A DNA stretch of 64,000 bases from Takakia lepidozioides. Taxonomy: Eukaryota; Plantae; Bryophyta. Of this stretch, positions 23,446 to 36,549 are shown piece after piece. The notes beneath the pieces are model-generated. The model did no database searches and had not been told where the DNA came from. It was given only the letters and a program-made list of their open reading frames with translations. Every line of letters begins with the position of its first letter. The stretch's first letter is position 1. Where the stretch lies: positions 41,416,001 through 41,480,000 of the forward strand of contig CM060734.1 of assembly GCA_030704615.1 (NCBI GenBank), in the 5' to 3' direction. Made by a program: the position numbers and the translations under genes.

Positions 23446-25260
23446 TCATTGCCAGCATTCGGCATAGGTCTCTGGGGCAGAAAACAGAGGAGGGGGAGGT
23501 TGCATTGTATAGGCAGCAGGTATACATAGCAAGAGGCCATAAGCATAATAAGAACCTGGAAGCTTATTTGCAAGTTTGAGGCTGGAGACAACATTTGGTA
23601 CCACTCCAACTTTGATGATGTCAACATGCACATCTTTGCGCTTCTCCAGGGCTACCAGGCTTGCACAAGCATGGCAAATGCACACACATGTGATGTGGTT
23701 GGGCTTCACCCCTTCCCCCATCATTTGATCATAGGTCTCCACAACAATTCCAGCTTTGATATGGCCATTCAACCTGGCCTGCCGCTTCTGGTGCGGAGGC
23801 AGGGATAAATCAGCAAGAAGATCTTTGCGTAGAGGGCCATAAGCATAATGAGAATCAATGACAAGAGGCTGAGCCTCCAGGTGGAGCTGGTGAGCACTGG
23901 CATACATATCAGCAAGGGCAGTCTTCAGACTGATATCAGGTGAGATTCCAGCTTTGATTATGTCAGCATGGACACATTTGTCATTTCCCAGGGCTGGAAG
24001 AGTGGTACACCAACTGAGACCAGCTCTGAAGATGTTGCCATGGACCACTTTGCCCTTTCCCAGATCTGTCAGGGCAGTGTGTAGAGTGGCATTTGGAACA
24101 ACTACAGCACCACCTGCAGGCATCGCATTCCACGGCACCAAATCACGTTCAGCCATAGTGTCAAACACTCCCTTAGCATCCTGGATGCACCCACATTTTG
24201 TATACATGTCCACCAGGGTATTGTTCAGAGTGACAGTTGGCACAATTTCAGCTCTGAAGATGTCGCCATGGGCCTCTTTGCCCTTTTCCAGATCGGCCAA
24301 GGCAGTGTGTAGAATGACATTCGGTACAACGACAGCAACACTTGTAGAGGGGGAGAAGCGAGGGGGTGGAAGTACAGGCTGTCTTTTGAACAGGTCAGAT
24401 TGATTAATTGCCACATCGCCAGTAGTGAGTGCAGCATACTCTCCCAGCATCGTTTGAACAAGGTATTGTACATCAGAGTCCAACTGTCGTTGCTCCATGA
24501 TGTTGAACTCCTTGGGTATCTGGATTGTGTGGGGCTCCACTGGCAAATCCTGGAGTGACCTTGAGGGTGGGCCCTCGAACTCCTTTGAGGCTGGCTGACT
24601 GGAATGAGTGGGGGGAGCTGGAGTGATAATACCTTTGGCTGGGGCTTGTTTGACTGGTGCAAATTCCGCAGGTCTCTCAGTACTTGAAAACTCATGAAAG
24701 CTTGGAGTGGTGATAGTAGGAGTGTTGCAACCTAGAATATCATTATCTGCAGGAGGCCCACTAATATTTCTTCGTGCAACAGCCTTCAATCATGCACCTG
24801 GGCCGCCGTTCAGTGTAACATCATGGATTGCCCACAAGTAAATCTGCCCAGGCCCATCTTTCCAAGAGCCTTTCACTGCAAGGGTGTGCCCAATAAAACT
24901 AGGCCTTCGAAGTGTAGGGTTGGGGCTCACTCCCACTATTGCTGCAGTGAAAGTAATATTGATGACAGGTGGTAGCAACAACCCTTGCATCGGTGATTGT
25001 CGGGAAATTTTATAACCTGCCTCCAACGTACAGTTGCTGCAGATTGCAGCCTCCAGACTAGTACCCCAGGGAGGTCCAGGATTGTGGATATCAGCATGGG
25101 ATTGTTTACCCATTCCGAAGTATTGCGAACTGAAATCAGTATTGAAAGAAGAGGTTATCGAAGCTTTACTGGTTGAGATCATAGCAATTTTGTATAACTG
25201 CTCAGGTTCATGTCTCCAGGGACGCTCCCCTAGTGCAAAATACACAAGCAGGTTTACAGA
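23446..25260 (-). pseudogene. Fragmented PLS-class PPR motifs in a chimeric reading region
   Basis: LEKGKEAHGDIFRA..NNTLVDMYTKCGCIQDAKGVFDTMAERDLVPWNAM; LGKGKVVHGNIFRAG; VHADIIKAGISPDISLKTALADMY; YDQMMGEGVKPNHIT..CASLVALEKRKDVHVDIIKVG; GMGKQSHADI. These are interleaved with non-PPR sequence. Confidence 0.8.
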
Positions 25261-26699
25261 AGAAGGCCCAGCAGGTGAAGAAGTCCATTGAACGTGCCCT
25301 ATGAAGAGAGTTGGTTGCTGGCCAGGGCTAGGAGGGTTCGGGCAAGAATTTGCTTGCAACGGCAAACTCCCTTGTACCTCAGAGTCCACTCTTCGAGTAC
25401 TTTTCTCGCAACCATTGCTTGTCAAGTGACCGGTGAGTGCAGGCACACTAGGGTTCTGACGGGCCGAGCTGGATCGATGTAGCTGTTGTGAGGGCGGGGG
25501 TAGATCAACAGTAAGAACACTGCACCAGATGCTATAATCCGCAGGACCATGGAGAGCTGCAAACCAACACATATTGGCCCGATTTCTGGAAAAGACGAGT
25601 TCAATTTGAGCAAGTAGGAAGAACCGCATACCATGTAATCTTGGGAGGATGTTGAGGATAATGTGGGTTTGAAGATGTAACTGAGCAACCAGCGCAAAGG
25701 TGGGGCCTAAGGCCGATGCTTGAGTATCAGCGCAGAGTCTCGCCCTCCCACCCTTCTCGACTGTCGCAACTGGTGGTGTAGCGAATCTGTCAATGTAAGA
25801 GAGTGTGCACCATGGAGGGGAAACGACGGGCACCACCTGGCATTCCCGACGCACAATGGCCTCCAGCATGCATCAGTCCGACATGTTATTGTGCGAGACA
25901 CAGCTTCCCCGAACTGCGGAATCATTGGGATACTTTGGCTTGTCTCCAACGCAAGAGCAGATCAAGGTCATGAACAGTATGTACCAGACAGCTGGTTGCA
26001 TATGACGAATGGTGAGGAAGCCCGACCCGACGGCCATCGAAAGGTAGCCGAACAACGTTGAAATGGAGCTAGGAACGCATTGTTGATCACTAACTGGATT
26101 GATAAAAACGCCAAAATCACCTTGACCAAGGTCACGGGGAGCCTTTCCTTCCTTCCTACGAGGCAGTCTGTCACCAACGCAAAGTCGACTATGTAAAGAG
26201 CGGGCAAACTCCAAGCCATAGAAATCAAGTAAATGATCATGCAGATAGAAAGAAGCATTGTAAAGAGCAGCAAGATCGCTACATCTGCATAAGTTAAGAA
26301 GTGAACTAAGTCACACAACTGATGCCCAGAGACAAAAATGTCTAAAGTGGGGGTAGACAAAATAAAATGCGGCGGTAAAACAGTAAGAAGAAGCGCAATA
26401 AGAGCATGAACAGGTAGAGAGAGGGCCAAGTCAAGCAGTAGTAAGCTAGTAGTGAGCAGCAGCTGAGAGAGCTCGAGTGGGAGCCATGGCGACGGGCATG
26501 ACTACAACAGATAAAGAGTACTAAATAGGAGGAGCCGCCAGTTAGGGGTAGGTAAAAACACTAGGGATCAGGGGAGGATAGCGGGACCCTATAGAATAGC
26601 GATTAGCAGGAGATCTAGCAGAGAGTTGAGCGGGAGAGCGGAGCTCCGCCCTCCCGTCCCTCATCCAAGTCCAAAAGCTCCTCGATATCTAAACAGAGT

Positions 26700-27480
26700 A
26701 TAAGAAGTTTGCATTCACCCATCAATAAAGGGATCCATATTATCCATCAAACCTCAACTTGATAATTTATGAAAAATATTTTGTACTGAGCCTTGAAACA
26801 ATTTATGATGTCTATATCCATGGATTGTCACTTACTCGTGGTATTCGGAGACAACATAAGAATGGTGGTAATATGTAGATGCTCAAAAATATTGACCACC
26901 TTACGTCCAAGGAAGTTGTCCAAAAGCAGGAGCACTTTCTCTTTTCATTATCCTCTCAAAGTCAAGCAAGAATTTTTCAAACAACAAAATGGTCATCCAT
27001 GCCTTCTTCTTGTTGACCCACAACATGTCTAGGTTTGAAGGTCGTGTGATATTTCTGCGAGTGAAAACATAGGGCTTGGCTGATTTGTTGATGACAAAAA
27101 GAGGAAGTTAAATACTTCCATCAACATTTGACGTCAAGGCTACACTGATGCGTTCCTTAAACTGTTTTTTCCCACTTAAACGTTTGGTTTGCAAGAGTTT
27201 TTTTTTGGAGCCTATTAAAAAAAACCTATTCTCATCCATATTGAAGACATTATTTGAAGCATATTCAGAAACGTGTTCACGTACCACACACATTTGTGCC
27301 TCTGCTTCCCTTGAATAATAAGCCGAGGCAGCTTCTCCGTGTCTTCTGTAGCCACGAATGTCAAATCTCTTCTTGAACCCTTGAAGCCATCCATGTGAAA
27401 ATATCATAAGTCGATCATCTTCTCAAGGTTCTATATCATAAAAGCGTTTGGCAACCTCACAAGAAGTGTTTTTTATACCT
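26700..27480 (-). mobile_element. pogo/Tigger-type (Tc1-mariner, DDE_1) transposase remnant
   Basis: FSHGWLQGFKKRFDIR..HGEAAS, VFNMDE, KERISVALTSNVDGS, NKKKAWMT, KVLLLLDNF, PNTTSK*QSMD..IINCFKAQY, with stops and frameshifts. Confidence 0.85.
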
Positions 27481-27524
27481 TCCCTCACTTCAAGTACAGG
27501 TACATTGAGTCAGGGAAGACAATA

Positions 27525-27580
27525 AAATGAAATGAAATGAAAGGAAAGAGTACTTTATAACGTTCACGGAAAGTTCACAG
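27525..27580 (-). mobile_element. (CATTT)n-tailed retroposon 3' end, copy 3
   Basis: Plus strand reads aaatgaaatgaaatgaaaggaaagagtactttataacgttcacggaaagttcaca. Confidence 0.7.
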
Positions 27581-30060
27581 CAGGGTTGCACAATAACGTG
27601 ATGTTAAGTCGGGTCGGATATGATACTAACATAGGCTTACGTCACGTCAGTTTTATATCAAAATAAATAAATAAAATATAAGAGATAAAAGAAAGATGTC
27701 ACATAAGTCAATAAACACGAAAAATAGCCAAGTGGCCTAAAGAAACAACCAAAAAAGTGTCATGTCAGCTAAATAAAGTATATATATATATATATATACA
27801 CACACAATTTGATTAAGTCTAATTCAGTCCGATATATATCTTCAAATTTTACTTAAATAAAATGAGGACCGCATGTACTGGCGGTCCCATATAATTTCAA
27901 AATATTTAAAATTAACTTGGGACCGTTTGTGCTGGCAATCCCGTTAAAAAAATTTAAATCCGGGACCGTTAGCTCTAGTGGTTCTGATTTGAGAAAAAAT
28001 CTTTAATAAATTCCGGACCGCAAGCTTTCGTAAACCTGATTTTTTAAGAAATATCTAATTCATCGGGACCATTGGCTCTCGTGATTTTGCATTATCAAGA
28101 AAATATTTATTAAATAAAAAAATCAGTTTTGGCGGTCCCGATATTTAAAAATATATTAAATAAAATAGGGCTGGAAAGAACGTCGTTTTTTTTTTTTTTT
28201 TTTTTTTTTTTTTCCCGGAATATAAACGTCACCGCCCATTTAGTGTACGATTATGAACACTGCCCCCGTGGAGATTTACAGGGGTTTTATATCAATGTGA
28301 GAAACAGATTTTTAAAATAAAAAACAAACAAAAATAAAAACAAAAACAAAATCAACTGTCAAATAATTAAAATATATTACATAAATACTTATTTTATATA
28401 GCTGCGACTGTTGAATTCTTACGGTCGCATGCATTTTTCTTTTTTATAGAAAGTACATGTGACCGTCAATTTGTGAGGGTCACATGTACTTGTTTAAAAA
28501 TAAAATACATGCGACCGCCAAAAATTGGTGGTTCCATGTTTTTTTTTTCCAAAAATTGGATACGATCGTCAATTTGTGACGATCTCATGTATTTGTTAAG
28601 AAAAAAATTACAAACGACGGCCAGAATTAATGGTCATATAATTTTTAATATATTGAATTTACATACGACTGTCAATTTGTGGCGGTCTCATGTATTGTCT
28701 CAAAATGAATTACAAGCCACCTCTAGAAACAGGCAGTTGCAAACATTCTTTTTTGGAAATTACATGTGACCGCCCTTTAGGGATGCACACTGACGTGACG
28801 TCAGATCCGACGCTGACGTAGACCTACGTCGCGTCAGATTTATATTACAAAAAATAAAATATATACGGATAAATGAAAGATGTCACATAAGCTACAAAAT
28901 ACAAAAAAAAACCACGTAGCCTAAATAAACAACAAAAAAAAAGCTAAATCAGCTTGTTAATTCAATCATGTCACGGATAACAATCCCGATTTATTAAAAT
29001 AATTATGAATAATAAGAACTGCCAGAGCTGAAGGTCCCGATTTGTTAAATAGTTCTTTAAAAATCATGAACACTAGAGCTGAATGTCTAGATTTAAAATT
29101 TATTTTCGTAATAATTTGAGACTGCCAGACCTAGCGGTCCCATTTATTGAATGTTTTTAAGAAATATGGATCGCAAGAGGTGGCAATCCCGAATTATCAA
29201 GATTTTTTTTAACAATTATGTCAAATCTAGCGGTCCGGTAATCATTATGTTACAAGAAGCTAAAAGCAACTTTGGTGGAGCAGCGCTCCGCCCTCCCACC
29301 GTGACCTTGGCAGTATCTTAGTAATGTTTTTAGCTATGACTATTCTTACAAGATTTCGTCAAATTCTTAGATTTCTTGACTTTTTAGTTATGCTGTCCAA
29401 CAGTGTCGCATTTCTGCACAGCTCTCTACAATTAGCCGTGGCGCCGCCACCATGGATTCTATTCCCGCTATTCTTACCTTCTTATTTTTGTATTAAATTG
29501 AAGACCAATGGGTGGCGGTCTTGCATTCTTAAGAACTTAATATTTATTTAATTTTGACCTCCAAATCTGATGGTCCCGATTTATTATTTATTTTTTATTT
29601 TTTATGACATTAGGGAGAACCAAAGCTCGCGGTCCTGATTTTTTTTTTTAATTTTAAGTAAATCCGGGACCGCCGGTGCTGGGGGCCCTGAGTTTTTATA
29701 AGTCACAAAAATGAGCGACAGATCTGGCAGTCTCAATTTTATTCCATAAATAAATAAATAAATTGGATTCCATAGTTCGGTGTCCCGATTTCATCTGAGG
29801 AAAAATAAATAAAAAATGGTCAGAGCTGGGAGTCCCGAATCTATTAAATGATTTCTTCAAAATCGGGACCGTCAGAGTTAGTGGTCCCGATTTATTAAAT
29901 ATTTCTTGAAATTCTGGGACCGCCAGATCTGACGGTCCTGAAATTATCAAGTAATTTTTTAAATATCGGGACCACCAGCTATGGCGATCCAGATTTATTA
30001 AATATTTTCTTAAAATTTGGGGACCACCAGGGATAGCAGTCCTAATCTATCTAATCATTT
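27581..30060 (+). mobile_element. Two related non-autonomous DNA-transposon ends (hAT-like) with arrays of subterminal palindromes
   Basis: CAGGGTTGCAC (27581) and TAGGGATGCAC (28778) each begin a homologous block of about 170 bp. Each block is followed by many gggaccgccag..ggcggtccc palindromes in AT-rich spacers. A variant array (catgtgaccg..cggtcacatg) lies at 28400-28775. Confidence 0.6.
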
Positions 30061-30099
30061 TTTGAAATTTAGGACAACTACCATTTGGGATACGACAGG

Positions 30100-31250
30100 A
30101 GAACTCGACACCCTACTGGTCCCAATATAACGGCATGGTGGAGTGACTGATCAAGTCATTGAAGCAGAATATAGTCACCCTGGGAAAAAAAAACAAGGTA
30201 TGAATGAGACCGCGATTTGTACAAGGCCGTCTTTGTGTATCGAATTGGTGTGTGTATATATCAACGAACTTGTCGTCCTTCAAGGTTCTCACAGGAAGAA
30301 ACATGCGGGTGAGTGTTAACAATGACATTGACACGATCACTAAACTGGTCGAGCTGAATAATGATGAAAATGCCATGTCGACGATGATGAGGAGGAAGAT
30401 AGAAGCTCTCAGGGCAATCGAAAAGGAGCTCCGCAGTAGCGTGAAAAAAACACATGTCAGGCACCAAATGGAGTACAACACTCTGCCCTAGCATGCTTAA
30501 AGGAAAAGAGTTCAATGAAGACTGAACCATCGTTCTTCCAAGGAGATATGATATCCCCAGCCAAAAGACCTTTCGCCATGAAACCTTGATGACATGTGCT
30601 TATATGTTCTGAGTATGATGCGTATGATACTTCCATGCCTTCTCATGCCCTTGGTATGACTCCATCTTCGACAGTGTGAAAAACATCAACTCTGGGAACG
30701 ACATTGGTGCCACCGCAACGATTGCTCGCTGCAAAAGTTCGATAATACGTCCTTAGGTTCCTACCATCGGGAGGGTTTGATAAGGGATTTCACTACAGAT
30801 TCGAAAGAGGACAGACTACAAAACTCAGAATAACAATACACAAAGGAACATGACGACGAAGGACATAAGCACAATGATAAATATCAACGCCTGGAAAACG
30901 AGAGCATGGTGATGATGTTGAAGCTTGGTTAAAAAAAAAAATGCATGACCCATAAGAGGGACCTTATCTCCTGGTGGAATACAAGAATGATGTTAAACTG
31001 GCAGGGAGTGAGAGCGGCCGATACTGTGTGCTACAGGATGAAGCAGACAAACGTGGGACACAGCCGCGTAAGGCGCTCAAGGAGCTGTGCAGGATGAAGA
31101 CCCCTGAGTACACTGATAATGTCCCTGAGGACAGAGGTAGCCAAAGGAAGGAGTGCCATGCGGCTATGTGTAAAAGGCAAGTAACGCATGTTTCGGGCAA
31201 ATAAATTTGTTAGATTATCCATATCGGCGCGAAGGCTAATGAATGGAGTG
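30100..31250 (+). mobile_element. Highly degenerate Ty3-type integrase C-terminal fragment
   Basis: TPYWSQYNGMVE*LIKSLK, then GPYLLVEYKND..GRYCVLQDEAD further downstream. Confidence 0.5.
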
Positions 31251-31299
31251 ATGAATGAAATAGGGATGTGCACCAATCATCCAGCATGAATTCATTAAA

Positions 31300-32280
31300 G
31301 TTGATGCTACGGATGAATAGATGGAACACGACTTGAATACTGGAATGTTGGAAACTAGACTGGAGTACCAGATACTGGAAACTGGGCTAGAGTACTGGGA
31401 ATTGGACTAGAGAACTGGAAACTGGGAACAAGGGTAACTTGAACTGGTGTTGGCGAGACTGAAGAGTGTCCAGTCTCGCCTCCTATATATATTGGCTATT
31501 AAGAAGTTTCCCTAAGAAGCTTCCCCTATTGAGGTTTCTTGTTGGAGAAGTTTTCAAGATTAAACAAAAGTTTCTTGATAGATAAATTTCCTTAAACAAA
31601 GGAGGTATCTTGATGGAGAAGTTTCCTCCAAATGAAGCTTCCTGAGCAGTTTCCCAAGTTATTCTTGATAATTTGGTAAACTCCCGGTAATTTGGTAAGT
31701 AATGGTAAATCATTGTAGATCATAGTAAATCACGATAAGTCATGGTAACTTCCGGTAACATGATAATTTGGTAACTTCTAGTATTTACTCTTGGTAAGTT
31801 TCTCTGGGCTATGTCCGTGTCATCACCCCCTCCTCTAGCGCCGAGTTTTTCGAGGAGCGGTAAAATCTTGGACTTGCTTAGAGTTGGAGAAAATCCAAAA
31901 TCCGGCGAATGGTACTTGCGAAGTATTCGGCTCTTCGTTCTTGACTCAAATGATTTATAAATCCCTGCAACCATCGATAGTGTCCAACACCTTGAACATG
32001 GGACCACATAGTGATTTGAGCAAGCTGCCTCCAAACATGATTTCGTTGCCCTCAAGGTCCGAAGCCTCAACCTCCAACAAAATTATTTGACTTCGAGTAG
32101 GCTCTACTTGTCGGGATCCAGACGAGGAAGTACGAGTCGCATTGACGGCCCATCGTCTCGAGAGCGTCGGCGTGATGTTGAAGGTCGTGAGAGTCGGAAC
32201 GGCTGATCTGGTAGCTGGGTAACTGACAATTCCAATGTATCTGGTTCTTATGACTCCATACTGCCAATACAAGACGCAAG
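31300..32280 (-). mobile_element. LTR retrotransposon 3' end: integrase tail, PPT and partial LTR
   Basis: The minus-strand PPT gaggagggggtga (about 31835-31822) is followed by TG and a TATA-like tatatatagg at about 31490. An LLKSLCGPMFKV motif lies upstream. Confidence 0.5.
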
Positions 32281-32394
32281 AGTGCTGGAAGTGTAGCTAT
32301 ATATACTGATGTGTGGTGCCCCTCCCTCCTTAGCGTGTATCAGGTACATTGAATGTGGAGTCTTCACCTTGAAGCTAATTTGGCTGACATCATC

Positions 32395-32940
32395 ATTGTG
32401 ACCACAAAGAGTTGGTCGAGCTGAAGACTTAACTCAAGGATCTAATGTCAAAGGGGTACATCCGACCGAATAAGTCACCTTACGGAGCCCCGGTGCTATT
32501 CGCAGATAAGAAAGATGGGACGCTGCGGATGTGTGTCGATTACAGGGCTTTGAATAAAGTGACTATAAAAAACCGGTACCCTTTGTTAAGAATTGACGAT
32601 CCGGTAGGGCGCCTTGGCTGGTGGCTCCGATCCCGGTATTACCTCAATCTTGTGGTCAACTCCTCTTCGCGGTGGCAAGCCGCTTGGTAAATCCTCCGGC
32701 ATTACATCCTGGTATTTCTCCAAGATCCAGTTGATCCAATCTGGGCTCGGCTCCCTATCGACTTCTCCTTTCACTTGTCTTACGGTAAGCAAAAATTTGG
32801 GGTTCGTATGGTTCTTCCACAACCCACTCCTTTGCTGACATCAAGTTTATTCGCCCTCCCACTCGGTTGGGCGTTTCTGACACTCGTAAAACTTTGTCAC
32901 CATCCCCACACGGTAGCGTGACTACTCTCTTGCGGCCATC
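32395..32940. mobile_element. Ty3/gypsy pol fragments joined head-to-head
   Basis: Plus 32395-32600: [50 protein letters not shown]. Minus about 32601-32820: [39 protein letters not shown]. Confidence 0.9.
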
Positions 32941-33774
32941 TATGACCGCTCCGGATCAGGCGACGCGAGATCACGCACAACACCCAGAAAAATGGCTCGA
33001 ATGAATTGTCTTCAATCTAAAAAGAAGCAGCATTACTCGAATTAGATGCCATGGTCGCTGTGTATACAATGCTCACTCACAAGGTAGGAAGACATAAAAC
33101 TAGCAACAACAACATACACAGGGTGGAATAAATGATTGCACAGGGTGGATTGAGCCACCATCTTCCTAGATATCTCGTACGGCCATCTTTCCACCATACA
33201 GAACCTAAGCTATCATCACTAGAACACCATAGCCGTTAGATTACATTGCCCCTTATCTCCACCAAATTTCTCTACCCAGGGGATATTCTCTTATTCTCTG
33301 AGAGTCTGGGCGCTAAAGCGGGGAAGTAGCCGGTAAAGCACGCCAAGCTAGATGGGAATGATCTCTTGCTAGAGGAGCCTCACAGGTGGGCCAACCAAAT
33401 CAAATACAGGGGCATCAAGTGTAAAACATCCAAACACTAGGCTAATCCAAGTACATTGTGATGATCACACAAAACATCCTGGTTTGGCATAAGCCAACCG
33501 CTTTTTATATTAAGGAATGGGCTAATATGGAATGACAAATAGTGGCCTCTTATTGGCTGCCAGGATTTCCTTAAGTTTCTCCCACACATCAGCAACCACC
33601 CTATCAGATTAGGTTACTGTTGGATTGAGACATGGGCCTTGGCTAACATTAGGCACATTTAATCAGCTATACCAACCACCCTACTTTTCATCCAGCTTAC
33701 GAACAGAAGAGCATTTGCAATAGGTGGAATACTCCATCTTACACGCTTCGAATCTGCGCTGTAAAGATAAAAGA

Positions 33775-35465
33775 AATGATGAAAATATGTCAAAGAATTT
33801 CATTCGACATTCAAAATCACCCGCAAGAGCACCTATCTTATTTGTGAAGAAGAAAGACGAATCATTACCCATGTGTGTGGACTATTGTGGGCTCGACAAA
33901 GTCACTATAAAAAATCGTTATCCACTACCGCTGATTTCCGGACTCCTCGAACAACTTGGACGAGCAAATTTTTTCACAAAGATTTACTTGAGATGAGCTT
34001 ACAACCTTGTATGAATAAAAGAATGAGACGAATGGAAGACTGTTTTTTCGCACAAGGTACGGACATTTCGAATACAGTGTTATGTCTTTCGGTCTTACAA
34101 ATGCTCCAGCAATTTTTCAACACATGATGAATGACATCTTTCAAGAATTTTTAGATGACTTTGTAGTCATCTATTTGGACGATATTTTGATATTTTCACA
34201 AAATAAAAAAGAACATGGTCGCCATGTATGCCTTGTCCTTGATAAATTGAAGGAATAATGACTATATGCCAAGTTGGAAAAATATTTTTTCCACCAATCT
34301 GAAGTCGAATTCTTGGGCTACATTATTTCCGACAAATGAGTCTGCATGGATCAGAAGAAAATACAAACCATCATCGAGTGGATTAAACCAACTTCGGTCC
34401 GAGATGTACAATGTTTTCTAGGATTTGCAAATCAATGACTACTCCAAGATTGCTGCACCATTGACACGACTCACAGGGAAGGACAAATTGTATGGGACGA
34501 GAAGGTGACCAAACATTAAAAAGCATTTGTCACGGACCTTCCAATTTCCAAGACCACCGATTCAATCCATCATTTACAAAGATGCATACGCGGCGAGGAA
34601 ACTGCAAGACTCTTCCTCAATAATATCTATCGCATTCATGGACCCCCGAATGACATCGTATCTGATCGATGACCACAGTTCATATCAAATTTCTGGAGGG
34701 GATTATTTCACATATTGGATATTAAGATCAACCTCTGTACAGCTAATCATCCACAGACTGATGGTCAAACCGAACGTGTAAACTAGATTTTGGAGCAATA
34801 TCTTCACTGTACGATAAATTATCACCAAGATAATTGGACAGACCTTCTGTCATTGGCTGAGTTTGCCTACAACAACACTATACATTCTTCGACCAAGCAA
34901 ACTTCATTTTTCTTTAATTATAGTCATCATCCTCGAGCAAACCCTTTCCATATGAAGACGATTGGAAACCCTGCTGAAGAAAATATTGCTACTCATCTCG
35001 CTACGATTCACAATGAGCTTATATTCCACCTCGCAGAAGCTAAAAAACAATACAAGGAGTATGCAGATCAACGTCGCCAACTCCAACCCCAGTTCAAGGT
35101 CGGAGATCGTGTGTGGCTTCTTCGACGGGACCTACAAACATCGTGACCATCAAAGAAGTTGGATTATCAACGCCTGGGACCATTCAAAATTATTCGACAA
35201 ATAAATCCGGTCAGTTTTCGGCTTGAACTCCCACGAAGTATGCGCATCCATCCAGTCTTTTATGTTTCATTATTGGAGTTGTATCATCCATCGAATATTC
35301 CAGGGAGAGTCTCCGTACCACCTCCACCAATCGAAGTCAATCAGAAAATTGAGTATGAAGTCGACGAAGTCCTAGACTCTCGTATCAAGTATAAACGTCT
35401 TGAGTATTTCGTACATTGGAAAGGCTACGACATCAGTGAACAAACGTGGGAACCTTCATCCAATC
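33775..35465 (+). mobile_element. Tcn1-like chromovirus pol remnant (RT, integrase, chromodomain)
   Basis: [83 protein letters not shown], and the chromodomain YEVDEVLDSR..YFVHWKGY..TWEP. RNase H is largely deleted. Confidence 0.9.
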
Positions 35466-36545
35466 TCGATGAATATCGGTTGGTAGGAGCGAAGTATTTC
35501 AGCCGGATCGATTTGCGCTCCAGCTACCATCAAATCCGAGTGGCGGAAGGAGATGAGGAGAAGACCGCGTGCAGGACAAGATATGGTTCATATGAGTTCT
35601 TGGTGATGCCTTTTGGGCTCACCAACGCACCCGCAACCTTTAGCACGCTAATGAACAGCCTTTTCCAAGAGTGGTTGGATGACTTTGGGATCGTGTACAT
35701 TGACGACATCTTGGTGTATTCAAAAACAAAGGAAGAGCACCTGGAGCATCTCAAAATGGTGTTCCAAAAATTGCAGGAAGAGAAGCTGTATGCCAAAGCT
35801 TCAAAGTGCGAATTCGAGATCACAAAAGTGAAGTTCCTAAGATATGTGATTACACAAAATAAGATCAAAATGGATGACAGAAAAAAAGGGCAATCTTGGA
35901 CTGGGAGCCTCCGACTGGGACCTCCGGGGGAGTGCGATCATTCTTAGGACTCGCCTCTTATTACCGAAAGTATGTGAGAAATTTTGTCAAGATCGCAGGG
36001 CCGCTGTCAAACATTTTCTGTAAGTCCAAGGTATAGGTATGGAACACCTTTTGTGGCCAAGCTTTTGCCGAATTGAAGCAGTGGATGGCGGAAGCTTCAG
36101 TCCTGAAAATCCCGGAGTTCGACCGTCCATTTGAGATTCATACAGATGCGTCGAACTTTGCTATTGGGGGTATGTTCATGGATGGACGTCCAGTAACTTA
36201 CGAAAGTAAGAAACTGAACGAAGTGGAACGACGGTGGCTTAGGCACGAAAAAGAAATGAAGGTGGTGGTGCATTGCCTTGACCTTTGGCGCCACTATGTT
36301 GGTTCCAACCCGGTGAAGGTATTCACAGACAATGTCACGGTGAAGTATTTTGTCACACTGCCCAAGTTGTCTCCAAAACAACTTACAATTTGGCACTGTT
36401 CGACGTGGATATCCAGTACAAACCAGGACGGGACAATGTGGTGGCCGATGCTTTAAGTAGAAAGCAGCAACTCATGTTGGTATACAGGGGCGAGACGACG
36501 CTCCAAAGGAAGATCCGGAAGGATTACCGGAAGGATGAGATGACG
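35466..36545 (+). mobile_element. Ty3/gypsy RT-RNase H fragment, continuing the 32395-32600 element
   Basis: [82 protein letters not shown]. Confidence 0.92.
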
Positions 36546-36549
36546 AAGT

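Noticed and set aside
25065-25115. Second 2A-like motif (SHADIHNPGP)
   Set aside because: The spacing is one residue short of DxExNPGP, there is no hydrophobic leader, and GMGKQSHADI is better explained as a PPR GKxxHADI motif.
26636-29300. Shared gctccgccctccc motif at about 26643 and 29284
   Set aside because: It is only 13 bp with no extended homology visible.
27860-30060. CRISPR array
   Set aside because: The context is eukaryotic, the repeats are degenerate, the spacers are low-complexity AT, and there are no cas genes.
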